Shown: piece by piece, positions 8,613 through 16,953 of the stretch
How the letters are laid out: every line of letters begins with the position of its first letter
Position numbering within the stretch: the stretch's first letter is position 1
Assembly (NCBI GenBank): GCA_964645405.1
Contig: CAZYCA010000044.1
Coordinates: forward strand, 256,044-320,043
Reading direction: 5' to 3'
Length of the DNA stretch: 64,000 bases
Source: an uncultured bacterium
GTDB lineage: Bacteria > Ratteibacteria > UBA8468 > B48-G9 > DSTR01
Translations under genes and position numbers: made by a program
The notes under the pieces: generated by a model
Seen by the model: only the letters and a program-made list of their open reading frames with translations
Database searches by the model: none
Told to the model about the DNA's origin: nothing

Positions 8613-8761
8613 CATCTTCAGTTTTTCCGTGAGGTAGCACTAACTCAATGACCAGCCAGAGAAAGCAGAAGGTTGTTCTTCCAGGTCGTTCTTGTTTTCC
8701 TTTCTTTCCCTTGTCAGAGGAGAGAAAGTAGGGTAAAAAGTATCAGGAGTTTGAGGTTAGA

Positions 8762-9229
8762 GTGGAAGAAGCAAAGTTTATTGTAGACGGGATGCTTTTA
8801 GGGCTGGGTCGCTGGATGCGATTTTTGGGTTGCGATGTTCTCTTTTTTCTGGAGAAAAGGAAAAGTATGCTGGTCAGGATAGCCAGGTCGGAGAAAAGAA
8901 TAGTTTTGACCAGGGATACCAGATTTTTTCAGGACCACCCAGAAATCAGTGTTTATATCAGTGGAGAAAATATTAAAGAACAACTGCGGGAAATACGGAG
9001 ACGTTTCCTCCCGGAAAATCAACCTGAGCGCTATCTGACGAGGTGTTCTCTCTGTAACCAGTTGCTTATCATGGTGGAAAAGGAGTATGTCCGCAGCAGA
9101 GTTCCCCCTTATGTTTTTGACAATCATCACCAGTTCCGCACCTGCCCGGTATGTCAGAGGATTTACTGGGAAGGAGACCACACTAAAAGAATTAAAGAAG
9201 TCCTAAACAGTTTATGGGAAGAAAAATAG
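8762..9229 (+). CDS. Mut7-C RNase domain (DUF82, PIN-like) protein with C-terminal zinc ribbon
   Basis: 155 aa with a GTG start. Motifs are FIVDGMLLGLGRWMRFLGCDV, IVLTRD and CSLCN...CPVCQRIYWEGDH. Confidence 0.7.
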   Translation: MEEAKFIVDGMLLGLGRWMRFLGCDVLFFLEKRKSMLVRIARSEKRIVLTRDTRFFQDHPEISVYISGENIKEQLREIRRRFLPENQPERYLTRCSLCNQLLIMVEKEYVRSRVPPYVFDNHHQFRTCPVCQRIYWEGDHTKRIKEVLNSLWEEK

Positions 9230-10287
9230 CAGCTTGGCTTCTTTTGTCTGTTTGTGTCCTCCAGGCGCAACCAGCTGGAAGAAAAGAAGCAGAATTTTTT
9301 AAAAAAATTGGTGAAGGGCTGGTTCAATGTTTCCTTTGTCCGAAAAACTGTACCATAGCCCCTGGTCGTTACGGGTTTTGCCGTGCGAGGAAAAATATTG
9401 ACGGAACACTTTATTCCCTGGGCTACGGGTTACCCTGTTCTGTTAATGTAGACCCCATAGAAAAGAAACCCTTTTTTCATTTTCTTCCTGGCTCTAAAAG
9501 TTTCTCTATTGCTTCTGCCGGTTGTAATTTCCGGTGCAAGTTTTGCCAGAACTGGCAGATTTCCCAATTTTCGCCGGAGCAGACCAAGAATGTTTCCCTG
9601 CCGCCGGAGGAAGTTGTGGCAGCAGCATTGCGCTCTGGTTCTCAGTCTATTGCCTATACCTATGCTGAACCGATTAGTTTCTTTGAATATATGAAGGATA
9701 CAGCGAAGATTGCCCGGTCCCGGGGGCTGAAAAATGTTGTTCATACTGCCGCTTTTGTTAATCCGGAACCACTGCAGCAGCTATGTCCTTTACTTGATGC
9801 GGTAAATGTTGATTTAAAAGGCTTCAATCCAGACTATTACAGAGATATTTGCGGGGGAGAACTGCTGGTGGTGCTCAATGCTCTGAAGATAATCAAAAAA
9901 AATGGTGTCTGGCTGGAAATTACCAATCTGATTGTTCCAGGTTACAATGACAAACCGGAGGAAATGAAAGCCTTGTGTGATTGGATAGTCAAGAATATGG
10001 GGGAAGAAACTCCGGTTCATTTTTCCAGGTTCTATCCTACATACCAGTTTGCCCATCTTCCGCCTACGCCAACCGCAACTTTAGAAAAAGCTGTCTCTGT
10101 TGCTCGGGAAAGTGGACTGAAATATGTTTACATTGGCAACATTCCGGGGCATCCGGCAGAGAACACCTACTGTCCGAAATGTGGCAGAATACTGATTAAA
10201 CGTTCTCAGTTTATTGTTCTGGAAAACAATATCAAGGGGGGAAAGTGTCCCTGGTGTGGAGAAAAGATTGCTGGTTGCTGGAAGTAA
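9214..10287 (+). CDS. amrS: AmmeMemoRadiSam system radical SAM enzyme
   Basis: 357 aa. It has a CNFRCKFCQNWQIS CxxxCxxC motif, the N-terminal stretch VQCFLCPKNCTIAPGRYGFCRARKN, and a C-terminal YCPKCG..CPWCG. A signal-peptide-like MGRKIAAWLLLSVCVLQA precedes these. Confidence 0.85.
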   Translation: MGRKIAAWLLLSVCVLQAQPAGRKEAEFFKKIGEGLVQCFLCPKNCTIAPGRYGFCRARKNIDGTLYSLGYGLPCSVNVDPIEKKPFFHFLPGSKSFSIASAGCNFRCKFCQNWQISQFSPEQTKNVSLPPEEVVAAALRSGSQSIAYTYAEPISFFEYMKDTAKIARSRGLKNVVHTAAFVNPEPLQQLCPLLDAVNVDLKGFNPDYYRDICGGELLVVLNALKIIKKNGVWLEITNLIVPGYNDKPEEMKALCDWIVKNMGEETPVHFSRFYPTYQFAHLPPTPTATLEKAVSVARESGLKYVYIGNIPGHPAENTYCPKCGRILIKRSQFIVLENNIKGGKCPWCGEKIAGCWK

Positions 10288-11720
10288 TAATCGTTTTTGT
10301 TTTTTTCTCGCAAATTGTTTCTGGTAACGAAAGGCAAGTCAGACAGCCGCGCTTCAGTGGTCTTTTTTATCCCTCCAGGGCAGAAGAGCTGAGACAGATG
10401 GTTAATTCTTTTCTGGACAAGGCATCTCCAGCAAAGGTGGAAGGTCAGCTTTCAGGGATAATAGTACCTCACGCCGGTTATATCTATTCCGGGGCTACCG
10501 CCGGGCTGGCTTACAGTCTTCTGCGGGGAAGAAAAATTGGCACGGTAATACTTCTGGGACAGAGTCACCGGGCAAGATTTACCGGTGCCATCATTGATGA
10601 CCGGGATGCATGGAAGACGCCTTTAGGGAGCATTAAGCTGGATAAAGAATTATTTTCCCGGCTTTATAAAAAGTCTTGTTTCCATGTAAACAGGTTCTGG
10701 ATGGATGAGGAACACAGCCTGGAAGTTCAGGTCCCCTTTCTTCAGGTGGTAGCTGAAACGAGCAAAATTTTTCCCATCCTTGTTGGAGATGCAGAAGCTG
10801 ATAACATAAAAAAGATTGCTGCAGAACTGAATGAGGTGATAGGCAACCGGCAAGATACCATTATTGTAATCAGCACTGATATGTCCCATTACCATCCATT
10901 GGAGGTAGCTACAAAAATTGATTGGGTCTGCCTTCGTTTACTGGAAAACAGGGATATTAAAGGATTGAGAGAACAACTGGAGAAGAGACAGGTAGAACTT
11001 TGCGGGGAAGCAGCAGTGTTAACACTGCTTTCTCTTCTTTCCTCAAGAGAAAACTGGAATATGCAGGTGCTGGGATATAGCACTTCAGCGCAAGCCAGCG
11101 GCGACAAAAGCAGGGTGGTGGGCTATGGTGCTTTAGCCGTCACTGTGGAGAGCAAGAAAAAATCTGGGGGTGAGGCCATGCTCAATGAACAGCAGAGAAA
11201 GAAGCTTTTGCAATTAGCCAGGGAAACAATTCTCTGTCATCTCCGGGGAGAAAAGTTACCCTCTGTAGAAACTGATGATGCCAGGCTAAAAGAAAAAAGG
11301 GGTGTTTTTGTCACTCTGAAGAAAAATGATAATCTCCGGGGTTGTATTGGACTTATTATACCTGTCACCCCGCTTATGGAAGCGGTCCAGAAGATGGCGA
11401 TAGAATCAGCCACAGGAGACCCACGTTTTCCCCCGGTAACTATTTCTGAGATGAAAGAAATTAAAATAGAGATATCTGTGCTCACGGTTCCCAGACGGGT
11501 GAATAGTGCTGAGGATATTGTTCTCGGACGGGATGGTGTCATTGTCAAAAGAGGTTTCCGCCAGGGTGTTTTCCTGCCCCAGGTGGCTGAGGAGACCGGC
11601 TGGAATAAAGAACAGTTTCTGAGTAATCTCTGTGCCCATAAGGCAGGGTTGCCTGCTCGTGCCTGGGAGGAAAAGGAAACAGAACTTTATACCTTTCAGG
11701 CTGAAGTTTTCTCGGAATAG
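10245..11720 (+). CDS. fused AmmeMemoRadiSam protein B (Memo-like) and protein A (AMMECR1-like)
   Basis: 491 aa in one uninterrupted frame. The N-terminal half is Memo-like (RQPRFSGLFYP, GIIVPHAGYIYSG, EHSLEVQVPFLQ, DMSHYH). The C-terminal half is AMMECR1-like (RGVFVTLKKNDNLRGCIG, GDPRFPPV, RQGVFLPQV). The N-terminus is hydrophobic (WLLEVIIVFVFFSQIVSG). Confidence 0.85.
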   Translation: MSLVWRKDCWLLEVIIVFVFFSQIVSGNERQVRQPRFSGLFYPSRAEELRQMVNSFLDKASPAKVEGQLSGIIVPHAGYIYSGATAGLAYSLLRGRKIGTVILLGQSHRARFTGAIIDDRDAWKTPLGSIKLDKELFSRLYKKSCFHVNRFWMDEEHSLEVQVPFLQVVAETSKIFPILVGDAEADNIKKIAAELNEVIGNRQDTIIVISTDMSHYHPLEVATKIDWVCLRLLENRDIKGLREQLEKRQVELCGEAAVLTLLSLLSSRENWNMQVLGYSTSAQASGDKSRVVGYGALAVTVESKKKSGGEAMLNEQQRKKLLQLARETILCHLRGEKLPSVETDDARLKEKRGVFVTLKKNDNLRGCIGLIIPVTPLMEAVQKMAIESATGDPRFPPVTISEMKEIKIEISVLTVPRRVNSAEDIVLGRDGVIVKRGFRQGVFLPQVAEETGWNKEQFLSNLCAHKAGLPARAWEEKETELYTFQAEVFSE

Positions 11721-11725
11721 TTAGC

Positions 11726-12205
11726 ATGGAAATTTATCTGCTTCGTCATGGTCAGGCTACCAGCAAAGAGTCCAATCCGGAAAGGCCACTTACCCCGGAA
11801 GGAAGAAATCAGGTCCTGGTAATGGGCAGGTGGCTGGCGGTTCTGGGAGTAAAATTTACTAGGGTTATCTCCAGCAGCAAAAAGCGTGCTCTGGAGACAG
11901 CCTGTCTTGTTGCTGGGGAGACAGGATTTCCTGTGGAAAAAATTGTAACAGATGATAGACTTCTGCCGGAAAGCAACGGAGAAGAAATTCTGGGAATCCT
12001 TCAGTCTTTTGCTGAAGAAGAGAAAATACTGGTTGTTGGTCATCTTCCCTCTTTAGCAGAAGCAGCCGCCGGGCTGGTTGGTGCCGGTTGTATCTTTCGG
12101 TTTGCCGAGGCTGGTTTATGCCGGATTGACTGGCAGAAAGATAGGGATAAATTCGGTGTTTTAGTCTGGTTGCTTCATCCGCAGCTGGCCTACCTCAGGA
12201 AATAG
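11726..12205 (+). CDS. sixA: phosphohistidine phosphatase SixA
   Basis: 159 aa. Motifs MEIYLLRHGQA (RHG), LTPEGRNQ and VVGHLPSL fit SixA, as does the size. Confidence 0.8.
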   Translation: MEIYLLRHGQATSKESNPERPLTPEGRNQVLVMGRWLAVLGVKFTRVISSSKKRALETACLVAGETGFPVEKIVTDDRLLPESNGEEILGILQSFAEEEKILVVGHLPSLAEAAAGLVGAGCIFRFAEAGLCRIDWQKDRDKFGVLVWLLHPQLAYLRK

Positions 12206-12234
12206 CTTTTAGAGAGAGGTTTTATACTGGCAGT

Positions 12235-12263
12235 TTGGCTTTCTCAGAATAATCCGGTATAAT
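12235..12263 (+). promoter_or_regulatory. sigma70-type promoter of tRNA-Lys (TTGGCT-17-TATAAT)
   Basis: TTGGCT lies at 12235-12240 and TATAAT at 12258-12263, separated by 17 nt. The -10 box ends 13 nt before the tRNA 5' end. Confidence 0.55.
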
Positions 12264-12276
12264 AGATGCCGCTGAA

Positions 12277-12349
12277 AGGCCGCTAGCTCATCTGGTAGAG
12301 CACCGCCCTTTTAAGGCGGGGGTGGCGGGTTCGAGCCCCGCGCGGCCTA
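12277..12349 (+). tRNA. tRNA-Lys (anticodon UUU)
   Basis: The sequence folds as AGGCCGC TA GCTC ATCTGGTA GAGC A CCGCC CTTTTAA GGCGG GGGTG GCGGG TTCGAGC CCCGC GCGGCCT A. All four stems pair canonically. CCA is not encoded. Confidence 0.92.
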
Positions 12350-12384
12350 CGAGGAAGAGCTGGAAGAATACGGGAGGAGAAAAA

Positions 12385-12651
12385 ATGCCAATTTTTGGAA
12401 GAGGACGAAGGAAAGAAAACGAAGGCAGGAGTCAAGAAGGAATAAACAGCGCCCGTTTTTTAAAGTTAGTAGGAGAAAAATATCCAGGATACGAAGATGG
12501 TGTACGCACTGTTTTATTCGGTACAAAACCTTACGATAGTTTTATCCAGGCTGGTGTTAGCGTGAGAAGATTTGGCAATAATATTGAGGCTGAAATTGAA
12601 ATTGAAGGTCAATCCTTAAAGTTTCAGTGGCGACGCACCCCGCAGATTTAA
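12385..12651 (+). CDS. hypothetical small protein (88 aa)
   Basis: The start is moved to ATG 12385 because the track start overlaps tRNA-Lys. A GGGAGGAG SD lies about 7 nt upstream. I recognise no family. Confidence 0.5.
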   Translation: MPIFGRGRRKENEGRSQEGINSARFLKLVGEKYPGYEDGVRTVLFGTKPYDSFIQAGVSVRRFGNNIEAEIEIEGQSLKFQWRRTPQI

Positions 12652-12663
12652 GATAACCCCCTG

Positions 12664-12691
12664 AAAAAAAGAACCAACAATAGTTGATTCT
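12664..12691 (-). terminator. intrinsic terminator of the kinase/nucleotidyltransferase gene
   Basis: The minus strand reads AGAAUCAAC UAUU GUUGGUUCU followed by UUUUUUU. That is a 9 bp stem including one G:U, starting 10 nt after the stop codon. Confidence 0.55.
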
Positions 12692-12701
12692 TGCCAGTTA
12701 C

Positions 12702-14642
12702 CTACTGTTTTACTTTCTTTTCCATCAGCGGAAAATCTATGATGGTTTGACGGAAGGCTTCAGGAGTGCCAATATCAAAGCGCTGTCCCTGAACGAGATA
12801 GCCAATGAATTCATCTTCCTGCCGCAGACGGTCAAGGCAGGAAGTTAGCTGAAACTCGCCATGCTCCCGGATGTTTAACCTTATATGTTCTTCCAGAAAA
12901 TCAAAAATCTTGGGTTTAAGGATGTAAATTCCAAAAATTGTTAGATAGCTATTTTCAGGAATTCCTTCTACCCGCAGATGCTTCCTGGCATATTCCACAT
13001 TTGGTTTCTCATAAAAGGAAGTGATATCCAGAATAGAACCAGGATGCCTCCATGTACCTGTCACGCAGCCAAACTGATGGACTTCCTTTTCCGAAGTAAT
13101 TTTCAGGCCCACCACGTTGCAACCGAATCGTTCGTAAACCTTGAGTAACTGACTGGCGCAGGGTACGTCGGTACTGGAGACATAAAGGTGGTCTCCCAGG
13201 AGCAACAAAAATGGTTCCTGATTAACCCAGGAGCGACTGCAGTAAACAGCATGACCGAAACCTTCCTGGACATCCTGAGAAATGATGGTCACCCGGCGGC
13301 CCACTTCCATCAGATATTGAAGGTATTGCTTGCTTTCTTCCGAAAGCTTGTTTAAGTTTTCAATAGAGGGTGGGGTGCCGAAAAACTCCTCAAAAATGTC
13401 CCGGTCGTTTTTCTGAACAATGAGGCAAACTTCTTCTATCCCTGTAGCCAGTGCTTCTTCTACAATGAACAAAATCACAGGTTTTGCCCGACCGTAACTG
13501 TCCACCACAGGGAAAACTTCTTTTTTGATAACCTTTGTTGCGGGAAAAAGATGGGGACCAAAACCGGCTGCCGGGATAATAGCTTTCTTCACCCGTGTTC
13601 CAGAACGGAGGGTTAAAGCCAGACCTTCCATCCCTAATTCCTGTTCCACTAAGGAAATTACCTTTCCCTGACAGTTCTGGTCGCGAACTATAAACTGGGC
13701 GCTACCATCACCCTGAGAACCAACTCCTTTACCTCCCCAGATATATGGTTGTAAACCCGGGTAAGAAAGGACCCGGTGCAGGACTGGTGCGGTTAACTGG
13801 GAAGGACAGGCTGGTTGTACTAATGTGTCAAACTGTTTTTGTGCTTCCAACATCAGACTGCCTATTAAAGCAGCATCCCCCTTTTGTATTGCTTCTACAG
13901 CTTGCAGGGTAATTTTTTTGTTGACGGGACCGAGGTAGCTCTGGACATTTTTCTGTATTTCGTTTTCGGCAAAGGGATAACAGTGGTGGAGTTTATTCAA
14001 AATTTCTCTGGTATCCTTGCTGGCTTTCAAATCTACTACTACAAAGTATAAGTCCGTGGGAACAGTTAATTCCTGTATCTCAATCTGTTCGCCATCAAAA
14101 ATCATTAGAAGTGGTCGACTGCCATAGGCACAGGCCTGGTCCATCCGTCCGCAGCGGGAAGGAGTGGTTATTTCTCCCAGATAGGCAAGTTCCATTTCAC
14201 CCCGTACTGTCATCTTCAAGTCATAAACCCGGTTGAAGGCCCGCGCTACCAGTACACAGATAGCCGCACTGGAAGATAAACCTTTTTTTACAGGTAAGTC
14301 CATATGATAGTTATCAATTTCCAGACCTCTTACCCGGTAATGCACCATAACCTGGTAGGCAACACCAGCAGCATAACTGAAAAATCCCCCTTCCTGGGCA
14401 ATTTTCAGGAGAGTATCTTTATCCATAGGAACATCAAGAACCTGCCGGTAGTTATCCCTGGTTGCTGCAGAATGCAGGACAAATCTGGTGGGATGGGGAC
14501 GAACTTCAGCAAAAATACCCTGGTTTGTGCCAGTGATAAGTGTATAGCCCTTTTCTAATTCAGCATTGAACCTGCGGTAGCCTCCAGCCCAGTCACTGTG
14601 TTCGCCGAAAAGACAGATGCGACCCGGAACAAAAAGTTGCAT
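12702..14642 (-). CDS. bifunctional GHMP-family sugar kinase (galactokinase-like) / GalU-like sugar-1-phosphate nucleotidyltransferase fusion
   Basis: 646 aa. The N-terminal half has PGRICLFGEHSDWAGG and the GHMP motif PVKKGLSSSAA. The C-terminal half aligns by eye to GalU (KAIIPAAGFGPHLFPATKVIKKEVFPVVD, EGFGHAV, LLLGDH, EKP, GEFQLTS, RFDIG). Confidence 0.8.
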   Translation of the reverse strand: MQLFVPGRICLFGEHSDWAGGYRRFNAELEKGYTLITGTNQGIFAEVRPHPTRFVLHSAATRDNYRQVLDVPMDKDTLLKIAQEGGFFSYAAGVAYQVMVHYRVRGLEIDNYHMDLPVKKGLSSSAAICVLVARAFNRVYDLKMTVRGEMELAYLGEITTPSRCGRMDQACAYGSRPLLMIFDGEQIEIQELTVPTDLYFVVVDLKASKDTREILNKLHHCYPFAENEIQKNVQSYLGPVNKKITLQAVEAIQKGDAALIGSLMLEAQKQFDTLVQPACPSQLTAPVLHRVLSYPGLQPYIWGGKGVGSQGDGSAQFIVRDQNCQGKVISLVEQELGMEGLALTLRSGTRVKKAIIPAAGFGPHLFPATKVIKKEVFPVVDSYGRAKPVILFIVEEALATGIEEVCLIVQKNDRDIFEEFFGTPPSIENLNKLSEESKQYLQYLMEVGRRVTIISQDVQEGFGHAVYCSRSWVNQEPFLLLLGDHLYVSSTDVPCASQLLKVYERFGCNVVGLKITSEKEVHQFGCVTGTWRHPGSILDITSFYEKPNVEYARKHLRVEGIPENSYLTIFGIYILKPKIFDFLEEHIRLNIREHGEFQLTSCLDRLRQEDEFIGYLVQGQRFDIGTPEAFRQTIIDFPLMEKKVKQ

Positions 14643-14648
14643 ACAACC

Positions 14649-14657
14649 ATTTTATCA
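14649..14657 (-). promoter_or_regulatory. extended -10 TGaTAAAAT, 6 nt upstream of the ATG of the kinase fusion (candidate leaderless promoter)
   Basis: The minus strand reads gtgaTAAAAT ggttgt ATG. No SD is present. Confidence 0.45.
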
Positions 14658-14693
14658 CAGCAAAGGGGGAAAGCGGCAAGAATCTCTAAAAAG

Positions 14694-14722
14694 TTGAAAA
14701 TAACTTCCTTTCATTCTATACT
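14694..14722 (+). promoter_or_regulatory. candidate promoter of rfbB (TTGAAA-17-TATACT)
   Basis: TTGAAA lies at 14694-14699 and TATACT at 14717-14722, with a 17 nt spacer. The -10 box ends 27 nt before ATG 14750. Confidence 0.5.
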
Positions 14723-14749
14723 GCAATAGGTAAACAAATCTCGTCCGAA

Positions 14750-15757
14750 ATGAAAAGTCTAAAAATTGTAGTGACAGGAGGGGCAGGTTTCATTGGTTCT
14801 CACTTCATTCGTTATCTTTTGAAGACTGAACCGGAATGTGAGATTCTGAACATTGATAAGTTAACCTACGCAGGCAACCTGAAAAATTTATCTGATATAA
14901 GCTCTGACAGAAGATACCATTTTGTGCAGGAGGATATCTGCCACCAGAAAACAATGGAAAATCTGGTGAAAGGCTGGGATGTACTGGTAAACTTTGCCGC
15001 GGAAACGCATGTGGACCGTTCCTTAATTGACCGGGAAAGTTTTCTCCGAACTGATGTCTGGGGTGTCTTTTCCCTGCTGGAGGCAACCCGCAGTTCCGGT
15101 ATCAAAAAGTTCCTGCAGATATCCACGGATGAGGTTTATGGGTTTATCAGAAAAGGTTCTGTCTCCGAAGATGGTTTGCTTTCTCCCACCAATCCTTACG
15201 CGGCAACTAAGGCAGCAGCTGACTTACTGGCACTATCCTATTTCCGAACCTGCCGGATACCTGTCTGCATTATTCGCAGTACCAATAATTTTGGTTCTTT
15301 CCAGCATCCGGAGAAGATGATACCACTTTTCATTACCAATGCCCTGGAAGGTAAAGAGTTACCTTTGTATGGGGATGGACATCAGGTGCGAGAGTGGTTG
15401 TTTGTAGAGGATAACTGCCGGGCTATTGGTATTATCCTGAAAAAGGGGAAACCCGGTCATATTTATCATGTCTCGCCGCAGGTTGGCTACAGAAATTTAA
15501 CTGTAGCCAGAAAGATTATCAGAATGTTAGGGAAGGAAGAATCTCTGATTAAGAAAGTGAAAGACCGGCCGGGTCATGACCGTCGTTACAGTCTGGCCTG
15601 TGAAAAAATAAAAAAGCTGGGCTGGCAGCCGCAATGGAAGTTTGAGAAAGCTCTGGCAGAGACTGTTGATTGGTACCGGAGAAATGTTTCCTGGTGGAAA
15701 AGTATCAAGAACGGTTCTTTTCGTCATTATTATCAGCAGCAGTATCAGGGCAGGTAA
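14750..15757 (+). CDS. rfbB: dTDP-glucose 4,6-dehydratase
   Basis: 335 aa. Motifs are VTGGAGFIGSHF, a YAATKAAADLL catalytic YxxxK, and GDGHQVREWLFVEDNCRAI. Confidence 0.9.
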   Translation: MKSLKIVVTGGAGFIGSHFIRYLLKTEPECEILNIDKLTYAGNLKNLSDISSDRRYHFVQEDICHQKTMENLVKGWDVLVNFAAETHVDRSLIDRESFLRTDVWGVFSLLEATRSSGIKKFLQISTDEVYGFIRKGSVSEDGLLSPTNPYAATKAAADLLALSYFRTCRIPVCIIRSTNNFGSFQHPEKMIPLFITNALEGKELPLYGDGHQVREWLFVEDNCRAIGIILKKGKPGHIYHVSPQVGYRNLTVARKIIRMLGKEESLIKKVKDRPGHDRRYSLACEKIKKLGWQPQWKFEKALAETVDWYRRNVSWWKSIKNGSFRHYYQQQYQGR

Positions 15758-15842
15758 CAGGTGAGAGAATCAGCAGGAGAAGATTTTTTCTCTTCACCAG
15801 CATCTAAAATACTGCTTACCCGGTAGGTACTGAGTTAGCATT

Positions 15843-15871
15843 TTGACGGGGTAAGTGTTTTGTTATAAAAT
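15843..15871 (+). promoter_or_regulatory. sigma70-type promoter of tRNA-Glu (TTGACG-17-TAAAAT)
   Basis: TTGACG lies at 15843-15848 and TAAAAT at 15866-15871, with a 17 nt spacer. The -10 box ends 21 nt before the tRNA 5' end. Confidence 0.6.
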
Positions 15872-15892
15872 TATTCGTTATAGAGAATGCCA

Positions 15893-15965
15893 GCCCCCAT
15901 CGACTAGAGGCCTAGGTCACCACTCTTTCAAGGTGGTAGCACCGGTTCGATTCCGGTTGGGGGCG
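15893..15965 (+). tRNA. tRNA-Glu (anticodon UUC)
   Basis: The sequence folds as GCCCCCA TC GACT AGAGGCCTA GGTC A CCACT CTTTCAA GGTGG TAGC ACCGG TTCGATT CCGGT TGGGGGC G. CCA is not encoded and a T-run follows. Confidence 0.9.
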
Positions 15966-15970
15966 CTTTT

Positions 15971-16936
15971 TTAACGGGTGACTGGAACTTTTAGTTTCTG
16001 GCCGACAAAAACTTCCATTGTTTTCAATTTATTTATCTCCACCAGTTCTTTAGTGGTAGTGCCGTATTTTTTAGCGATACCGGTAAGGGAATCACCCCGT
16101 TTCACAGTATAAGTGATATAAGAAAATGATTCCCGGAGAGAAGAAAGGTTATCCTTTTCTGCTGGTACAGAGCCGACCAGACCAAGTTTTCTCCTCAGAG
16201 ACTGAATTTCACTTTCCTGTCGTACCATTTCGTCCACCAGCGTATTCATCCGGGAACTAAACTCTTCTCTCAGCGCTAAGATAAGTTTTTCCGGAGAGCT
16301 GGGGGTAGTTTTAAGCGAGCGAATCTCACTTTCCTGCCGGGTAAGTTCGGAAAGAATAAGTTCCTTACTTTTGCTGGTATCTTCTTCCAGTTGCTTCATT
16401 TTTTCCCTTATGGTCTGGTAGTCTTTTTCCAGTTGCTCCATGCGGGAAGTGAATTTCTCCAGCGAGAGGGAAAGGCTGTTAAAATAATTCTTGAGGTTAC
16501 CGAGTTCACTCTGGAGAGTCTGAAAGGCAGTTATTGTGGAGCTGAAAGTATTCATCAGTTCGTTTTGCCTTTGTTTCAAGGATTCTATTTCTCTGTGGAA
16601 GGCAGCGTTTTTATTTTCCTGCTCCGTTAGATTCTTATTGAGGCTCTCCCGCAACTGGTAATCCAGTTCGTTTATTTTTCCCTCTAACTCCCTTAACTGC
16701 TGGGAGAAAGTCTGCAGCTTTTCGCTGAAGGAACTACGTTCTGCTGCCATCGTTTTACTCTGTTCTTCAATTTTTCGGTTCATCTCATCACGTAAGTCCT
16801 CTACTTTGGCATCAAGATGAGATAGCCCCTGGGTATATTCCTCCCTCATGGAATCTAAATCCTTCTTTCCTACCAGAGTCTCACATCCTGTTAAAAGAAG
16901 CGGGATGACAGGTATCAGCCAGAATTTTTTGTTCAT
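15971..16936 (-). CDS. coiled-coil lipoprotein with C-terminal LysM domain
   Basis: 321 aa. The lipobox is MNKKFWLIPVIPLLLTGC. About 250 aa of heptad-like E/K/L/Q-rich sequence follows, then a C-terminal LysM domain (YTVKRGDSLTGIAKKYGTTTKELVEINKL...GQKLKVP). Confidence 0.8.
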   Translation of the reverse strand: MNKKFWLIPVIPLLLTGCETLVGKKDLDSMREEYTQGLSHLDAKVEDLRDEMNRKIEEQSKTMAAERSSFSEKLQTFSQQLRELEGKINELDYQLRESLNKNLTEQENKNAAFHREIESLKQRQNELMNTFSSTITAFQTLQSELGNLKNYFNSLSLSLEKFTSRMEQLEKDYQTIREKMKQLEEDTSKSKELILSELTRQESEIRSLKTTPSSPEKLILALREEFSSRMNTLVDEMVRQESEIQSLRRKLGLVGSVPAEKDNLSSLRESFSYITYTVKRGDSLTGIAKKYGTTTKELVEINKLKTMEVFVGQKLKVPVTR

Positions 16937-16953
16937 ATGCGGTCCTGGAAAAA

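Noticed and set aside
8700-8728. 10 bp hairpin (CTTTCTTTCC / GGAGAGAAAG) after tRNA-Met as a terminator
   Set aside because: No U-tract follows on either strand. It is a polypyrimidine/polypurine stem of uncertain significance.
12322-12384. N-terminal extension of the small ORF overlapping tRNA-Lys
   Set aside because: It overlaps the tRNA on the same strand. The downstream ATG 12385 has a strong SD.
15773-15801. Possible terminator hairpin after rfbB
   Set aside because: The stem has two A:A mismatches and no downstream U-run. The only T-run is in the loop.
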